Source of the DNA: Vermamoeba vermiformis
Lineage: Eukaryota
Assembly: GCA_045837725.1 (NCBI GenBank)
Contig: JBEWZL010000227.1
Location: 124,001-188,000, forward strand
Length of the DNA stretch: 64,000 bases
Reading direction: 5' to 3'
Under the pieces are notes generated by a model. It had not been told where the DNA came from and made no database searches. It saw only the letters and a list, made by a program, of their open reading frames with translations. Position 1 is the stretch's first letter, and each line of letters opens with the position of its first letter. The position numbers and the translations under genes are program-made. Positions 34,701-48,048 of the stretch are shown in pieces.

Positions 34701-36617
34701 AAATTTTCTCCCCGTGAAAATTTTGCGTAAATTCAAGTGAAGTACTAATAAGGCAATAAATGAATTAGTATCAATGCCGTTACTTACAAGACAAAGTTCT
34801 CGGTCCATTTCGTGAGTTGTTTAGCGTTTTGAGGTGCAGTCAAAATATTCTGCTTTTCGAACACGCACTCGCAGACCATTTTCTTGGAAGTATCAACGGG
34901 AAAATCTGCGTCAAAACTAGCGCTCAAAATTGACACGTAGAGCTTGCCAATAGTCACTGGATTAACTTTTTCGTCGATCGATTTGAACGGCTTGGTAATG
35001 AACTTGAACGGCTTCTTTCTGCAAATATTACCGTAATTAGTCTTTGCAATAATTTATCGCAGGTTAATATAGTGCAAAAATAGGAAGGTTTCTATAATTT
35101 TTTTGGTCCGTGAAACTTTGTGCGAGTAGGTCACTTTTCGTTATAAATTCTCGCAATGTAATGTCCAAATAAGGCAATAACTTACTTTTTCTTTTTGACA
35201 GTGCCGCTCATGTCCTCGTCACTGCCTTCAAACAAATCATCGGGATCACCACGTGCAGAACTAGCGTCAGAATCATGCTCCCAGTCCTCACTCTGCGTCA
35301 GTCTCATGCTGTTTCGGCGAGAGCTGCGACCACTAGAACTCTCCGTGTAGTCCCCTGTAGTGCTCAATGTGCGCGATGACGGACGTGTCTTCAACTGGCG
35401 TATTATAAACTTGTTAGCTTTTGAAAAATACGATATGGAACGAGATTTATATTATTGTTTTTCGTATTTTTATCAAATGTTAATCTTATATTTATACTTT
35501 TTTGGGTTCTAATAGCTCCGATATTTTGAGGGCTTCAAATAATTCAAAAAAATGAAATTTCGATACAAATCAGATCTCGTCACAATCTAATTATAAAGCC
35601 GTAATATAACGTATAAAGAATAATATATGGTAGCACTATAATATACGTACAGGTGTGCCGACAGAATAACGAATTCTAACTTCAGCGTTTTGCCCGTTAG
35701 ATTTGCCAGTCAAATTGAACCATTTATCCTTCACTGGTTTCTTTTCGCCTTTAATCACTAGCTTGGCAGAGCACACTTTAGAGTCTTTGTCGTATATTCC
35801 GATTTTAATTTCAATTTTCTCGGTCTTTTTGTCCAACGTACTGTCATGAATAAAAAAAAATTAATTAAAAAGTTCTTTCAGTATCGATTGATTTGAATAT
35901 TAATATCGGAATTAAAGCTAATTATCGTGGTGAGAATTAAAATTAAAAAAATTGCGTGCAAAGAATTCTAACATAATAATAATGTCAATTTGTTAGATCT
36001 TGGTTTGTTTTATGAACGGAAGGATAGGATCTATAATTTTAGCCAATATAAGTCGTGTTAAATATCTTTTCCACGGAGATTTTGTAGCCGTTGCAAAAGT
36101 AAATTATCGCATATTTCAGATAAAATCGATCTAATTTCCAAAATTACTGAACGATTGATAAATGATAAATCCTATTATAACACGCTTACAATTTAGTCTT
36201 AGCGTCCCATTTTAATATTTCATTTCGTGTATCGAGAGCTGGGGCTTGAAATTTTTGACTTCCCATCTTGAGACGGATGTTGGGGTTTTTGAGGCCCATG
36301 AGGTTGCGAGCCTCGAGAACTATAATAAAATAAGATTAATATCGGCTTCACCATATATTTCGTTGGTACAAAGTCATGGATCTTTGCGAATTAATAATAA
36401 TATTTGTTTCTATCATTCCAAGTCTTGCTTTTACCTTCTATATTTACATATTCGGGGACCTAATAATATAAATAATTAATAATTATTAAAATAAAAGAAG
36501 AGCAACGGGTCAGATGACAAATCTCCGATCACAAAAAATTTTCGCTTTGCAAAGAGCGAATCGATGGAGCCAATTACATCATTTAATATTTCATATGCAT
36601 ACCTCCGGACTATTCAT
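31706..36617 (-). CDS. Multi-C2-domain (4x) protein fused to a C-terminal Rab GTPase
   Basis: Four C2-like units. The last C2 exon (..FEERLPEA|GTAAGT) splices in phase 0 to FSAETELQDNPPASLTYKIILIGDSAVGKS, then YDTAGQERF, GNKCD, ETSAK; C-terminus RRCCVIS*. No in-frame ATG at the start of the Rab exon. Confidence 0.8.
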
Positions 36618-36775
36618 TGTTGTTCTCGTTTTAAAAGTTAAAATTGAAATGTTTCCGCTTGAAAATTCGCAACGTCCACCGAAAAACCTCCCAGATCCAG
36701 TTGCAACGGCTACTTGACATATTTTCCTCGTGCACTACAATAGTGCAGGTTATATATCAATTTATCTGTATTATA

Positions 36776-37834
36776 ATGAGTCAACAAGAGATCTGGGACG
36801 ATTCAGCGCTTGTTCAAGCGTTCAACAAGGCGATCAACTCTTACAAGGTTAGAACCCTAAAAAGACACAGAAAATTTGCAAATTAGTTTATAAATAATAA
36901 CAGTAATTAATTTTTCTTTGTTTAGGAAAGCCACGATCCGAAGAAACGGTAACTTGAAAACACCAAATTTTTTTTGTGGCTTATATTTAATTTCTAGAGC
37001 TGAAGCAGCCGCTAAAGAAACTAAAAATAATAAGAGTAAGTAGTGTGCCATATTATTTGGATTTTTTTTGAAGATTAATTTTTTGGACAGAGATCGAGCA
37101 CGAAGAAACAGAGGACTACAGCGAAGAAGATGATCAATATTATGATGACGAAGAAGAATATGAAGAAGAAGATGCAAAATATCAATCTAAACAACATAAA
37201 GATCAGGCAAAGCAAGTTGAAAGTACATCCAAAAACCGATCGAAAAAGCAAAAAGAACCTCAGCAAGACAATACTACAGATGATTATACAAAACAATGGG
37301 AAGAATATTACGCACAGATGAACAACTACAACAACGCAAATAATCAATACTACAATCCCGCTCAATTTCAAGCAAATCCAAATCCAACCTTTAACACGCC
37401 GAGCAGCTTTCCTCAAAGCAATCCATATGCACCTCCGTATTATCCAAATCAATGGGGGGGTTACGGACAGATGGGACCTATGCCTGGAGCTGTTCCGCCG
37501 GTTGGCCCTCACCAGTGGCAGATGCCGATGATTGCACCACCGCCTCCACCTCCTCAATTTACTAATGGTACGTAATATTATAATAGTTTGATATTATCTG
37601 TTTGCTACTACATAGTCTAGCAAGCATAATTTATTTTTTTTGCGGCGGATCTGGTTTGAAATAGGTCGCTTTCTTGGCCAAGCCTGCAATCATTATTTTA
37701 ATAAGATCATATTGTATTGAGAAATTTCTAATTAATTGAAATATTTTATAGATAAGAATCTGGCACAGTTATTATGGGCTTGGTATTTTTCAGGTTATTA
37801 CGCTGGCATTTACGAGGCCTCAATGCGCAAATAA
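36776..37834 (+). CDS. SMN: Survival motor neuron (SMN)-like protein
   Basis: N-terminal IWDDSALVQAFNKAI (Gemin2-binding), poly-Pro, C-terminal YG box LLWAWYFSGYYAGIYEA. Confidence 0.9.
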
Positions 37835-38196
37835 AACCGGTAATTAATTTAATTATAGATAGACATGCAATAGCAATAGCTTATTATCACCAAATGTGAC
37901 ACAATGGTCCTGCTTAAAATTTCATTTTTTTGAACGTCAGATCAGGGTATGAATTGCTTATCTCGCGCAATTTGGGTTTATTGGACCAATTAAAGATTTA
38001 ATATATTGCATTTCGCTGCGAAATCTAAAACTTTTCAGCCCCTGACTAGGCGGGGAATATTTTTCTTCAACTATTCTCAATTCGCGAGGAAATTCAGATA
38101 ATTAGTGACGTTCATGTCAAAAATCTAGCAGGCATAAATAGCAGTTCGATTTTTTTGTGGTATTATTCTATTTTTGAGCTTAAATTACCCCACACA

Positions 38197-41100
38197 ATGG
38201 CATCTACATCCGCTGTTTCAACTTCAGACGGTACTATTGAGTACGTTGAGAAGAAGAACGATGCAACTACTCCTAAGATTCGCATCAACTTCAATAATGA
38301 AGGCAAATCAGTAGTAGTCCCTGTTTCTCCTTTAGTGACCGTCACTGAATTGGTCGATCTGATCAAGGCCAAGTTCGAACGACTCCATGGCGCTAAAATC
38401 CAAGTAAATACTCTCAATAATATTCAAATATTATTTTGATCAAAAAATTAGCAAATTTTGCGTTACTGGTGTAATTTTGGTGAAAGGTCTTGAACTAACT
38501 GATCGGATTCAGGGCGACAAGCTGTTTAACGAAAAGGGCTCTTTGCTTGATGGTGAAGATCTTGTTGGTGATGTCCTGGCTAATGACCAATTGGTTCGCT
38601 TTGAGAAGAAGCAAGTTAAGAACACCACATCCAGCTCGAAGACCTTAACCAATGCTGCCGCTGCTAGCAAGGCTGAAGCTCAAGCTTCCGAGTCTAAGAA
38701 AGACGAGCCTAAGAAGGGTAATATAATAGTTCTAATTAACTCTCAGAATCTTTTTTTAAAAATTCTGCGGATTCCAATCCGATTTTTTGCCTCTTTAAAC
38801 CTTGCTTTTATATCAATCGTTAATGTCGTATTATTTTAGCTGAGGCTCCTGCTACCTTTACGACTGAAATTAAGGAGATCAAGGACGAAACTGGCGAAAT
38901 TGTGGACACGCAATTGTTCGTCGTGTTCAAGGACGCCAAGTTGATTGAAGCCGTTAGGTATGTATTACTATTGATATAAGTATAACTATAATATGAGGTC
39001 TCACATTTTATTTCTTCCTTATAGAGCGTTCATTAGCACTGACAAATTGTACGACAAAGAACCTCGACTCAATGCAGAGACTTTGTTGCAAGTAAGCTTA
39101 AATTTTTTAATTTTATTTAAACCACGAAATTTCCCAAAATTACGGCGACAGCCTTTCGTGCAAATCAGCACCATAATTTAAAATTTCAGATCCGTACCTC
39201 ATTTTCGGTGCCGATATTATTTTCATTTTGTAGCGCTACCTATAACACTAGTATGATATAATTATTGTGGTACATATAATTAAGGTGTTTTTGTTGCTAG
39301 TACATGCCTCAATTCGAGAAGTCCACTTCAGTTCCGATTCAACCCTTGTTGAAGTTCTTGCGCGAAGAGTTCGGCGATTTGACTGCAAAAGTCAACGCGA
39401 TGATTGCTGACGGCAAAGTGTCTTATTCTCGTAAGTACCAAATAATCAGTTATTATTCTTTTTCCGTACAAAAATAGATTTTTTCTTCTGTTCATAGAGA
39501 AATTATTGTCACGCTTTTCCCGTCCCGAAAGGGTTAATTAAGCATTGACGTGCAATTGAATATTGTGAAATATTTGTTATGCTGAACAAAATTTTAAAAT
39601 TATGAACTACGAACAAATTTTTGAATTATTGTGTACCGCGCGGATCTGTCCAAAAGTGACCTAAAATTTACGCTTTGTAACGAGTGCTTCATACTAACAA
39701 TGCTATCATAGTGTTGTGGGCCGTGTTCTCGCCTGAAGTGCACATTGCCTCTTCATTGCGCTCTCATCACATGGCTGCCAAGGTGACCAGATCCAAGTAC
39801 AATCACAGCAGCTGGTTCCCAAGCTTTGAAGTCGACGCGATCACGATTAAGTGCAACGGCCAACACTTCTATCGCGACACTATTCGTTACTCTATTGAGG
39901 CCTTTAATGGTTTGAAAAAGTTTGACGAGTTGCCGATCCAACCACTCAGTGCCGAGCTGAAGGAAAAATTGATTGCTCGTGGCAAGGTGTTCCGAAAGTA
40001 CGGCAAGGGCGCTCATTATTTGATGTACACTGGCTTCATTGAACGAAAGAGCTGGTGGTCTACTACTTTGATCAAGGCTGACGGAAGGTAAGAAAAAGTT
40101 GAATTTTTCACAGATCCGTGAATTTTTTTTTTTTTGCCTCCCATACTTATTTTTGCCATTTGCGGCATGTATCTGGACCGCTAGAAAAATTTGGTTTTTT
40201 TCCCGTTATCTATTGCCTTTTTTGTGCATCGCGAGAAAACTGACCTTTTTTCCCTCGACGGAAACTACTTTTAACTGACGTAATGCATATTGAACTAATA
40301 TTTCCTATTATTATTATAGAGTTATGGTTGATGGTAGCAGCTTCCAACGATTGAATCCTAACTACGGAGTATTTTCTAATTCTCCGAGCAACGATGCAAT
40401 TTTGCCGCAAATCCCCGATGATTTGTTGCACTTGACGTACCCGACTTTAGGCGGTTTTTCATTTACCGCGAAAAAGTGGGGTGAGATCGATTTGAACAAG
40501 CTCGAAGAAATCGTTTACGACGACGACGCTTTTGATCGATTGGTCTTGCCTAACGAGAAGAAAAAATTGATCCGTTCGCTCGTAGAAAACACGCAGACGT
40601 CATTCTCGGACATTATTTCGGGCAAAGGTGGAGGTTGCATCTTTTTGTTGCACGGTTCTCCGGGTGTCGGCAAGACCCTCACTGCAGAGGCCATCGCAGA
40701 ACTGCTGCACAGACCTTTGTACAGTGTCTCGGTTGGTGAACTTGGCACGAACACCGATGAGCTCGAGAAAAAGTTGCGTGAAATTTTGGAACTGGCTTCC
40801 ACTTGGAACGCTGTCATTTTGATCGATGAAGCTGATATCTGTAAGTACTTACCTTTTTAATACGTATCTTACTCAAAATTGAACTACTATTCGAAATCTT
40901 GTTTTACGAAATTTTTGAACCCAGATCCGCGACAATTTTTTTTCATGAAAACTTTTTTGATAATTTTTGACCTTTTTTATTTACTAACATCACGTATGTT
41001 CGTTCTTATACTAATATTATTTTGTATTGTAGTCTTAGAAAGACGCTCAGAGAACGACATTGTTCGTAATGCAATGGTCGGTATTTTCTTGCGTTTGCTG

Positions 41101-41454
41101 GAGTATCACCAGGGAGTCTTGTTTTTGACCACCAATCGCGTGCGTTGCTTCGACGAAGCGTTCCACAGCCGTATTAGCGTTGCCTTGAAATACGAAGACT
41201 TGGATCGCGAAGCTCGTGAGAAGATCTGGACCAACTTGTTGAATGCTGCAAAGATCACTGGATTGGATGCAAAGAGCCTTTCGGAGTTTGTCATTAACGG
41301 CCGTCAAATTCGAACTACGATTCGATTGGCCCAATCATTGGCGAACAGCGAAGGCGCCACGGTGACTCGAGATCACGTGATGGCTACCATTACTGTCGCG
41401 CAACAATTCGTCAATGATTTGATGAACGAGAGCACACCGCAGACCAATGCTTAA
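38197..41454 (+). CDS. AAA+ ATPase (fungal-type FLLHGSPGVGKTLTAE family) with N-terminal ubiquitin-like segment
   Basis: DIISGKGGGCIFLLHGSPGVGKTLTAE, ILIDEAD, FLRLLEYHQGVLFLTTNR, DEAFHSRI, NGRQIR. Confidence 0.88.
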
Positions 41455-41860
41455 GCTTTGATTTGAAGCTGTCTAATAGGACTTTTATAAACTTGTTTAT
41501 TATTGGATTCAATTAAAATTCATTCTCGAGTAGTTTGTTGGTGTCACTTGGTTGACACGTGTCAAAGAGAGACTTATGAAGCAACCTTCGATTTCCAAAA
41601 ATTACACGTTGGTTGAGTTTATTGATTTCTATTGCGTACCATAAGATATTCTATTTGCCGTTAATGTTTCGACGGTCAACTTTGTTCTTGATATTGTGAT
41701 CGATTGACAGCGGGAAGTAGTCAGATCTCATCAATCGTTTTTCGTTGAGTATAGTTACTTTATCCATGAGTCTACCAATAGTTGGTTGTAAACTCTTGCG
41801 AAGTCGAAAGTAGGTTCTCAATCGTTACAAAGAACTACCCAATGGAATGTGAGAAGGAAG

Positions 41861-43295
41861 TTATTTATTGTACTTCTTATTATACATATCTTCAAATAGC
41901 TTTCCAAAGTCATATTTGATTCCTGGTAATCTAAGCTTGGAGAAAATTAATCGCCAGATCTCAACCGGAAAAAACCTTTCAAAGTTCTCTTTTCTTCTAA
42001 CAATGTTATTAATAATAACGCATATATTCTCTACTGCTATTTTCTTGTTAATTTTGTTGAGTTCAAGTTTGTCACGTAAATCCGGATTTAGGCCATGAAT
42101 TGTCGTCAATGCCTCGTTATATTGCAATGCCATGTTAATCCAATTAGCGCCTTCTTCGACCATATCGGGTTTATTATTAATTAAGTCAAGCTTTGTTAAT
42201 GTCTGATTGAACTTTAATGCTTCACCAAGCCAGATGCATCCGTCAGAGTCAATAGAATTTTCAATCATCGATAACCTTCTTAATGAACTATTAACTCGTA
42301 GTCCCTCTGCTATATATCGACAAGAATCCGAGTCTATCTGGCAGCAATCTAATACCAATTCTTCCAACGTGGATGTAGTTTTCAAGAGCTCGCCAATAAC
42401 TTTAGCGGATTCGCCTTTTAGGTTTGCACAATCACCGAGGTTCAATGATAGCAATGTATTATTCGATTTTAATAGATTGGCTAGTATTCTAAGGCCAGCT
42501 GCGCCAATTTGGTTGTTGCTCACATCCAACGAAGTCAATGTGCGATTAAATTTTAATGTCTCTGCGAGCATTTCCAATCCAATATGCGTAATATCAGTAC
42601 TCGCTATATATAGTGCTGTTAATGTCGTATTATTCCTTAATAACACGCTTAGTGCAGCAAATCCGTTGTCTGTAATTTGAGTTGAATCTAGATTCAATTT
42701 TTTGAGTGTTTGATTTGATAGTAATCCTTCACATAAATATTCTATGCCTTTTGAGGTCATTTTACCGAAGGTTAGATCGAGTTCTGTGAGTGTTGTGTTG
42801 ATTTTTAACGTTTCACTGAATTCTTTGGCGAACGAATCTGTTACGTCACAAGAAGCTGCATCGAATAATTTAATCGTCGTATTAATTTTCATATACTCTG
42901 CTAACATAGCCCAATGTTCATCGTCTATTGTGCTCCGAGACAAATTTAATGCCGTGCTAGTGCTTAGTTTCAATGATTCGATTAGAGTGTGCATTGTCGT
43001 ATCAGTAAAATTCATCCAGTCAAGCTCCAATGAATTTAAATTCGTAGAAAATATTTTATCGTTTGCTAGTTCGCTACGAATCCGTTGCCTTTCCTACAAG
43101 AAAAAGATCCAAATAAATATTCCTTCTAATTTAGCTATTTAGTTATTCTCCCCGTAAAACTTACTTGCGATCTTTGTTCGATACCACCCTACAATATTAT
43201 TAAGTTAAAATTCCCTCAGAAGAACGGATTCTGGCGAATCTAGTAATTGATCTGCAATCTAAAATACAAATCTGCATTCTTACGTAATCAGTCAT
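41861..43295 (-). CDS. RNI-like LRR protein with C-terminal F-box-like motif
   Basis: ~28-aa LRRs (LKxNxTLTxLDL); tail IINNIVRR..FFPVEIWRLIFSKLRLP. Two inferred 5' micro-exons (MTDY; GGIEQRSQ). Confidence 0.85.
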
Positions 43296-43433
43296 AATAT
43301 TCTTGCTTCGCGGTAAATTGTTCGTATTTTTTTGCGTTGTGGTGCTGTGCAATTATTACGGGTGTGAAAATCTAAATTTTTTTAATTGTTATTTTATTCG
43401 AGATCTGCAACGCGTATCAACATCCCAAATAAA

Positions 43434-44556
43434 ATGGCAGCACGTATTCCTTCTTCTTCTACCGCATGGAGTGGTAATTGGAACCCTAAAGAAGATTTTG
43501 GCGCATCTGGACCTGGATTTATTGGTGAAGGAAAGGTACGTCGAATTTAACGCTGAATTAAATGCAATAAATTTAAAAATAGTATATTTTATCTAATTTG
43601 CAAGGCGGATTGCGATACCTACCGCTTTCATAATTTTTGTGTTTATCTTCTCGAGATAGAAAAAATCTTATACTTCCCGATACTATTGCTTAAATATTAT
43701 GGTAGTAATATTAATTATTTGCTTTAAAGGTCGCGGAACTTCGCTTCCACTCGTTGCAATGCAAATCCGACGTTCATCGTTACATGGCTATTGTAGTTGA
43801 CATCAGCGACGTTCATAAACGTACTTTTGGCAAATATGGCGATGAAGTCAACCCGAATTTCAAGAAGGATGTCAATAGGTAAGCCATCCTATAATTACAG
43901 AAAATTTCTTTTGTGGATGTCGCATCCAAACCGCCTTACTTTTTAATAATTGAGTCTATTTATGGTACTAATATTATTTAGCCCTAATAAGGTATCATTC
44001 GACCAATTATTAACGGCACTCGGCAAGAATAGCGGCAGCCCTGCTCCGCCAAAAGTTTTGGATCAAAGTTTCTTGAGCAAATTGCATCCTAAGGTCAAGG
44101 GTAAATATAAATATATTCATACATCGTTAGTATATCCGTATTCATATTTAATAGGCCGTTTTGAGTTCTGGGCTAATGCAGATCAAGCCAAGAACATCTC
44201 GATCGGCGACGAAGTTTTGTTCAGAACAGACGGAGAGTCAATCGTATTGTTTAAGTATGATACTCATTTAATATTAATACGATTATCAAAGACAATGTTA
44301 CTCAATTCAATATTTGTTGGTTTTTTAAGTTTTGGCGATCTCGATCGAGAAAATACTTTCGCTCTAATCAAAATTCTAAGAATGTAATTTTAATTACAGA
44401 GTCGAAGTTAAGAGCCACAGCAAATTTTCAACGTTGAAGAGCGGCGAAGGAGAGCTTTATAACCAAGTTTCAAAGGTCGCTGATGTTTACGACGAAGACG
44501 CACCATTGCCGCAAGACTTAAAGCAAGGTGCTGCTGATGACGAGTGGGACGATTAA
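43434..44556 (+). CDS. ARPIN: Arpin (Arp2/3 complex inhibitor)
   Basis: AWSGNWNP..F, VHKRTFGKYGDEVNPNF, FEFW, IGDEVLFRTDG and the acidic Trp tail GAADDEWDD*. Confidence 0.85.
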
Positions 44557-44728
44557 GTTGATTAGTAAGATAAGAGTATAATACTAGTATTTATCTTATT
44601 GTAATTTATAAAACCTTGGTGGATCTAGATCAACCGAAGACACAAAAAACCTTAATTGCGCGTATATTTATTCGTTATAACATCTGTTAATTTGTATAGA
44701 GTTTATTAGGATAGTTACATTATTATTT

Positions 44729-45290
44729 TTACTCGACAAGTAACGGAAACTCTTCACCAGGATTTTTTTGCTTTTTGTAGCGGTACACGTGGCGTAGATC
44801 TGTCGACAAAAAAGCGACGATCCAAGTCAAGAGCAATACTGTACCACATGCTAAAAAGATCATTACGATATTATAGTTCTTAAAGAACTCCGTGGCGGGA
44901 GATTGAATATGTTGTCGGTCTTGCAGTCCGAACACCAAGTACAAAAATGGTAGTGGCACAAACGCGGTGTACAGCACGAATATAATCCACCTCGACAAGG
45001 GCTTCATATTCCATAAATCTGCAAATTTGTCTAACACTCCTGTGATTGTCGACTACAACGATGCTGGCTAACGGAGATTATCGTCGACGACACGCCAAAA
45101 TAGACGATGTTGAACGACGTATGGCACGTTTCTAAATCTCTTGACTCTTAGTTATTTGGTTTGGTATTACAGATGGGGTTTGACATTCCGAGCTTAATTT
45201 GACTCGCAGCGAACACTGGATTTTTGTAACATGAAATCACCGATGTCAAATACCAAGTACAAAGCACCAAACTTGATGAAATAGTTAAGA
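44729..45290 (-). pseudogene. Membrane-protein fragment, probably degraded
   Basis: Two hydrophobic helices in ORF 44729-45037; upstream coding-like sequence is broken by stops and frame changes, and no clear start. Confidence 0.35.
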
Positions 45291-45506
45291 ATGCAAGTTG
45301 TCTAACGTTTACAGGAACATTATGTGTTATCGAAGATATCTCACATTTAAAAGCTAATCATTCCTCGCGCGACGAAATTACCAAAATTGGATCGGCGCGC
45401 GACCAGAAAACAACGTCATGAATTATTTGACATGTTCTCGTTATAATTTCAGCTTTAAACAAAGGAACCACCAGTCGACAAGACACTGTATTATCCTGGT
45501 GCCAAG

Positions 45507-46806
45507 ATGCGGCCTTTGCAAATTATAAATATCGTCTCTTATGCAGCAATTATTATTATAAATATCTTGTCTAATACAGGCGTCATCGGAGAGACTAACA
45601 AGTAAGTCTAAATAATATTGACGATATTTTAGAATTTAAAAACTAATTTCGGACATTTAAAGGGTTATCTCTGATAAATACGCCTCGTATTTTACCCCAG
45701 CTGGCTATGCCTTCAGTATTTGGGGTTTAATTTTCACTGCTTTGGGTAAGTATTCGATTTCCTTCTGTAAATGAAGAGCAAATCCAGATTTAAAACTCCG
45801 AAACTCGAGAATTGCCTGACAATTTTTTTTTAGGTATCTTTACCATCTACCAAGCTCTGCCTCGCAATAAATCCAACCCCAAGCTCGATAAGGTTCATTT
45901 GTTTTTCATGTTCTCCGCCTTAGCGATGCTCGGATGGGTTTTCTCTTTTAACGTAAGTTTCAGCACTTTGCAGAGTCATATAATAATGCTAACTTAACTT
46001 CGCATATTAGAATCAAGTTATTTGGCTGTCTATGATCATGATTTTCTTGACTTGGTTGCCGCTGGCTTTCGTGTACTTCAGATTGAACTCTTTTGGTATT
46101 TTGACTCCTCCCAAATACGGCTCAATGGACTATTGGATGATTAACTGGCCCTTCATTCTTTACTTTGCTTGGTTAACGTAAGTACAGTTGCAGCCACATC
46201 CGCAACAAACACCGGAATCCGAATCTGAAACAAAACTCATTTTTATTTATTCTAATAGCGTCGCTAATGTTGCCAACTTCTTCATTCTTGCTGTGGATAT
46301 GGGTTGGGCCTCCGTTAATACGCCGTTGTCTTCTTCTATCGCCATTGCAATTGTTAGCGCGGTACGATCCATCATTGAAATTGTACAATACCTCCAAAAT
46401 CTAATATCATCTTTATTCTAGGTTGGCTTAGCCATGCTTATTTGCTACTCTGATATTTTCTTCGTGATGGTTGTCTTCTGGGCCGTAATGGCGATCCGTG
46501 TTAAACAGATCTCATCTGAGGTACGTTTTATTTCTTTATTTAGCCACTATAATCCATGAATATCGTGCATATAATATAATTATTGTAGTAATTTATTAAA
46601 CGCTTGCCTCATAGTCTCGTGTAACGGCTGATCTTGTTCGCGATCTAACTTTTATTTTTTAGACAATCGCTACTGCTGCATTGACCTGCTTCATAGTATT
46701 AACTGTTGCTGATGCTATTGGATTCGTCATATTATTGGTGAAGTACTTCAAAGAGAAAAAAAAAAACTTCGAAAAGATTGACGAGTACCAAACATTCGAA
46801 AACTAA
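45507..46806 (+). CDS. TspO/MBR-like (tryptophan-rich sensory) multi-pass membrane protein
   Basis: [46 protein letters not shown]; multiple GT-AG introns. Confidence 0.75.
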
Positions 46807-47194
46807 GTGAGACTTAGACGTCTGTACACCCTTGTTAATAGTTTACATTCGAATCTTATAAATGCCTTTTCCACAATTCTGGTAAACTTTTGCTCGTTTT
46901 GGTACTAACGTAGCGTCTTCCCGTAAACTTTGATTTTTTCATTTGTCACAAAGAGATGAAACACAATTCATGAAACGCACAATAATCAGTTGAACCAGTC
47001 AATACAACAATATAATAGATTGCATATTGGATTAATAAGTAAGCCTGGTAGGTAAGGTATTGTTCGATTGTAAATGCGGTTTCGTTATTTAAATCAAACA
47101 TTTGTGTTTATTGAAACGCTGGATCATAATTTAATAAGTTTTAATTGTATATTTTACGAATTAATTAATTAACTCGATTTAATTTTTTTCAGAG

Positions 47195-48048
47195 ATGGAT
47201 TCAACCGAAAATGAAAATCAAGAACCTACCATGATTTCTCCAAGCTTAATTGCAGACACAAATAATTATGAAAAATATACTGCAGCAATATTTATTGATT
47301 TTGAGAACTGGAAGGCTGAAGATCCAAGTTACATCCATATTTTGCCGTATTTCGAAAGTCAGATCGCTCTCAACCGTTAGAACAATTTCAACAGGACACG
47401 CGGATTATTTAACACTAGCAGAATATATTGCACATAATACCACGATACAAAAGCTTGATCTGCGTTGTGAGGACGAATCCAGCAATTTGACAGATTTTTT
47501 CCAGATCATTCAAAGCAACACTCGGATAACGAAACTTGCCCTACAATATATTGAAATTAGAGATGTTCGATGATATCAATATTTAGTGATATCTCCAAAA
47601 CCTAATGATATCACTTAACCCTTCAATATCAAGGAACAATTTTCACCAATTTTTTCTACTAAATCGCTGAGGTAAATGACCCACTGGCTACCTGACAGTG
47701 ATTTCTAAACATATTTTATACATTTATTACCAAATCTGGCTGCATGTGCACTCTATTTGGCGTAAAATCCAAGCAGTGGTGCTGATCCAGATTTGCTAAG
47801 CAAAAAATTTTGGACAACAAGTTTGGCTGTAGTCAGCCAATGGCTTGGGACTATCATTTTGACCAGTGGTGTACAATTTGGGATAGTTTTAGTATATATG
47901 TCTGAAGATCTGCCCAACTTTTTGGCATACTTTAACATTTAGTAATTTGATCGATATTTCACGATATCGCCATGAAAAATATAAATATCATGAACACTGG
48001 TTTTGCTCACGATAAACATCTCTAATTGAAATACGTGGATATCAATTA
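47195..48048 (+). pseudogene. Disrupted 5' part of an LRR gene
   Basis: ATG at 47195, frame switch near 47370 into LAEYIAHNTTIQKLDL, then stops without convincing splice signals. Confidence 0.55.
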
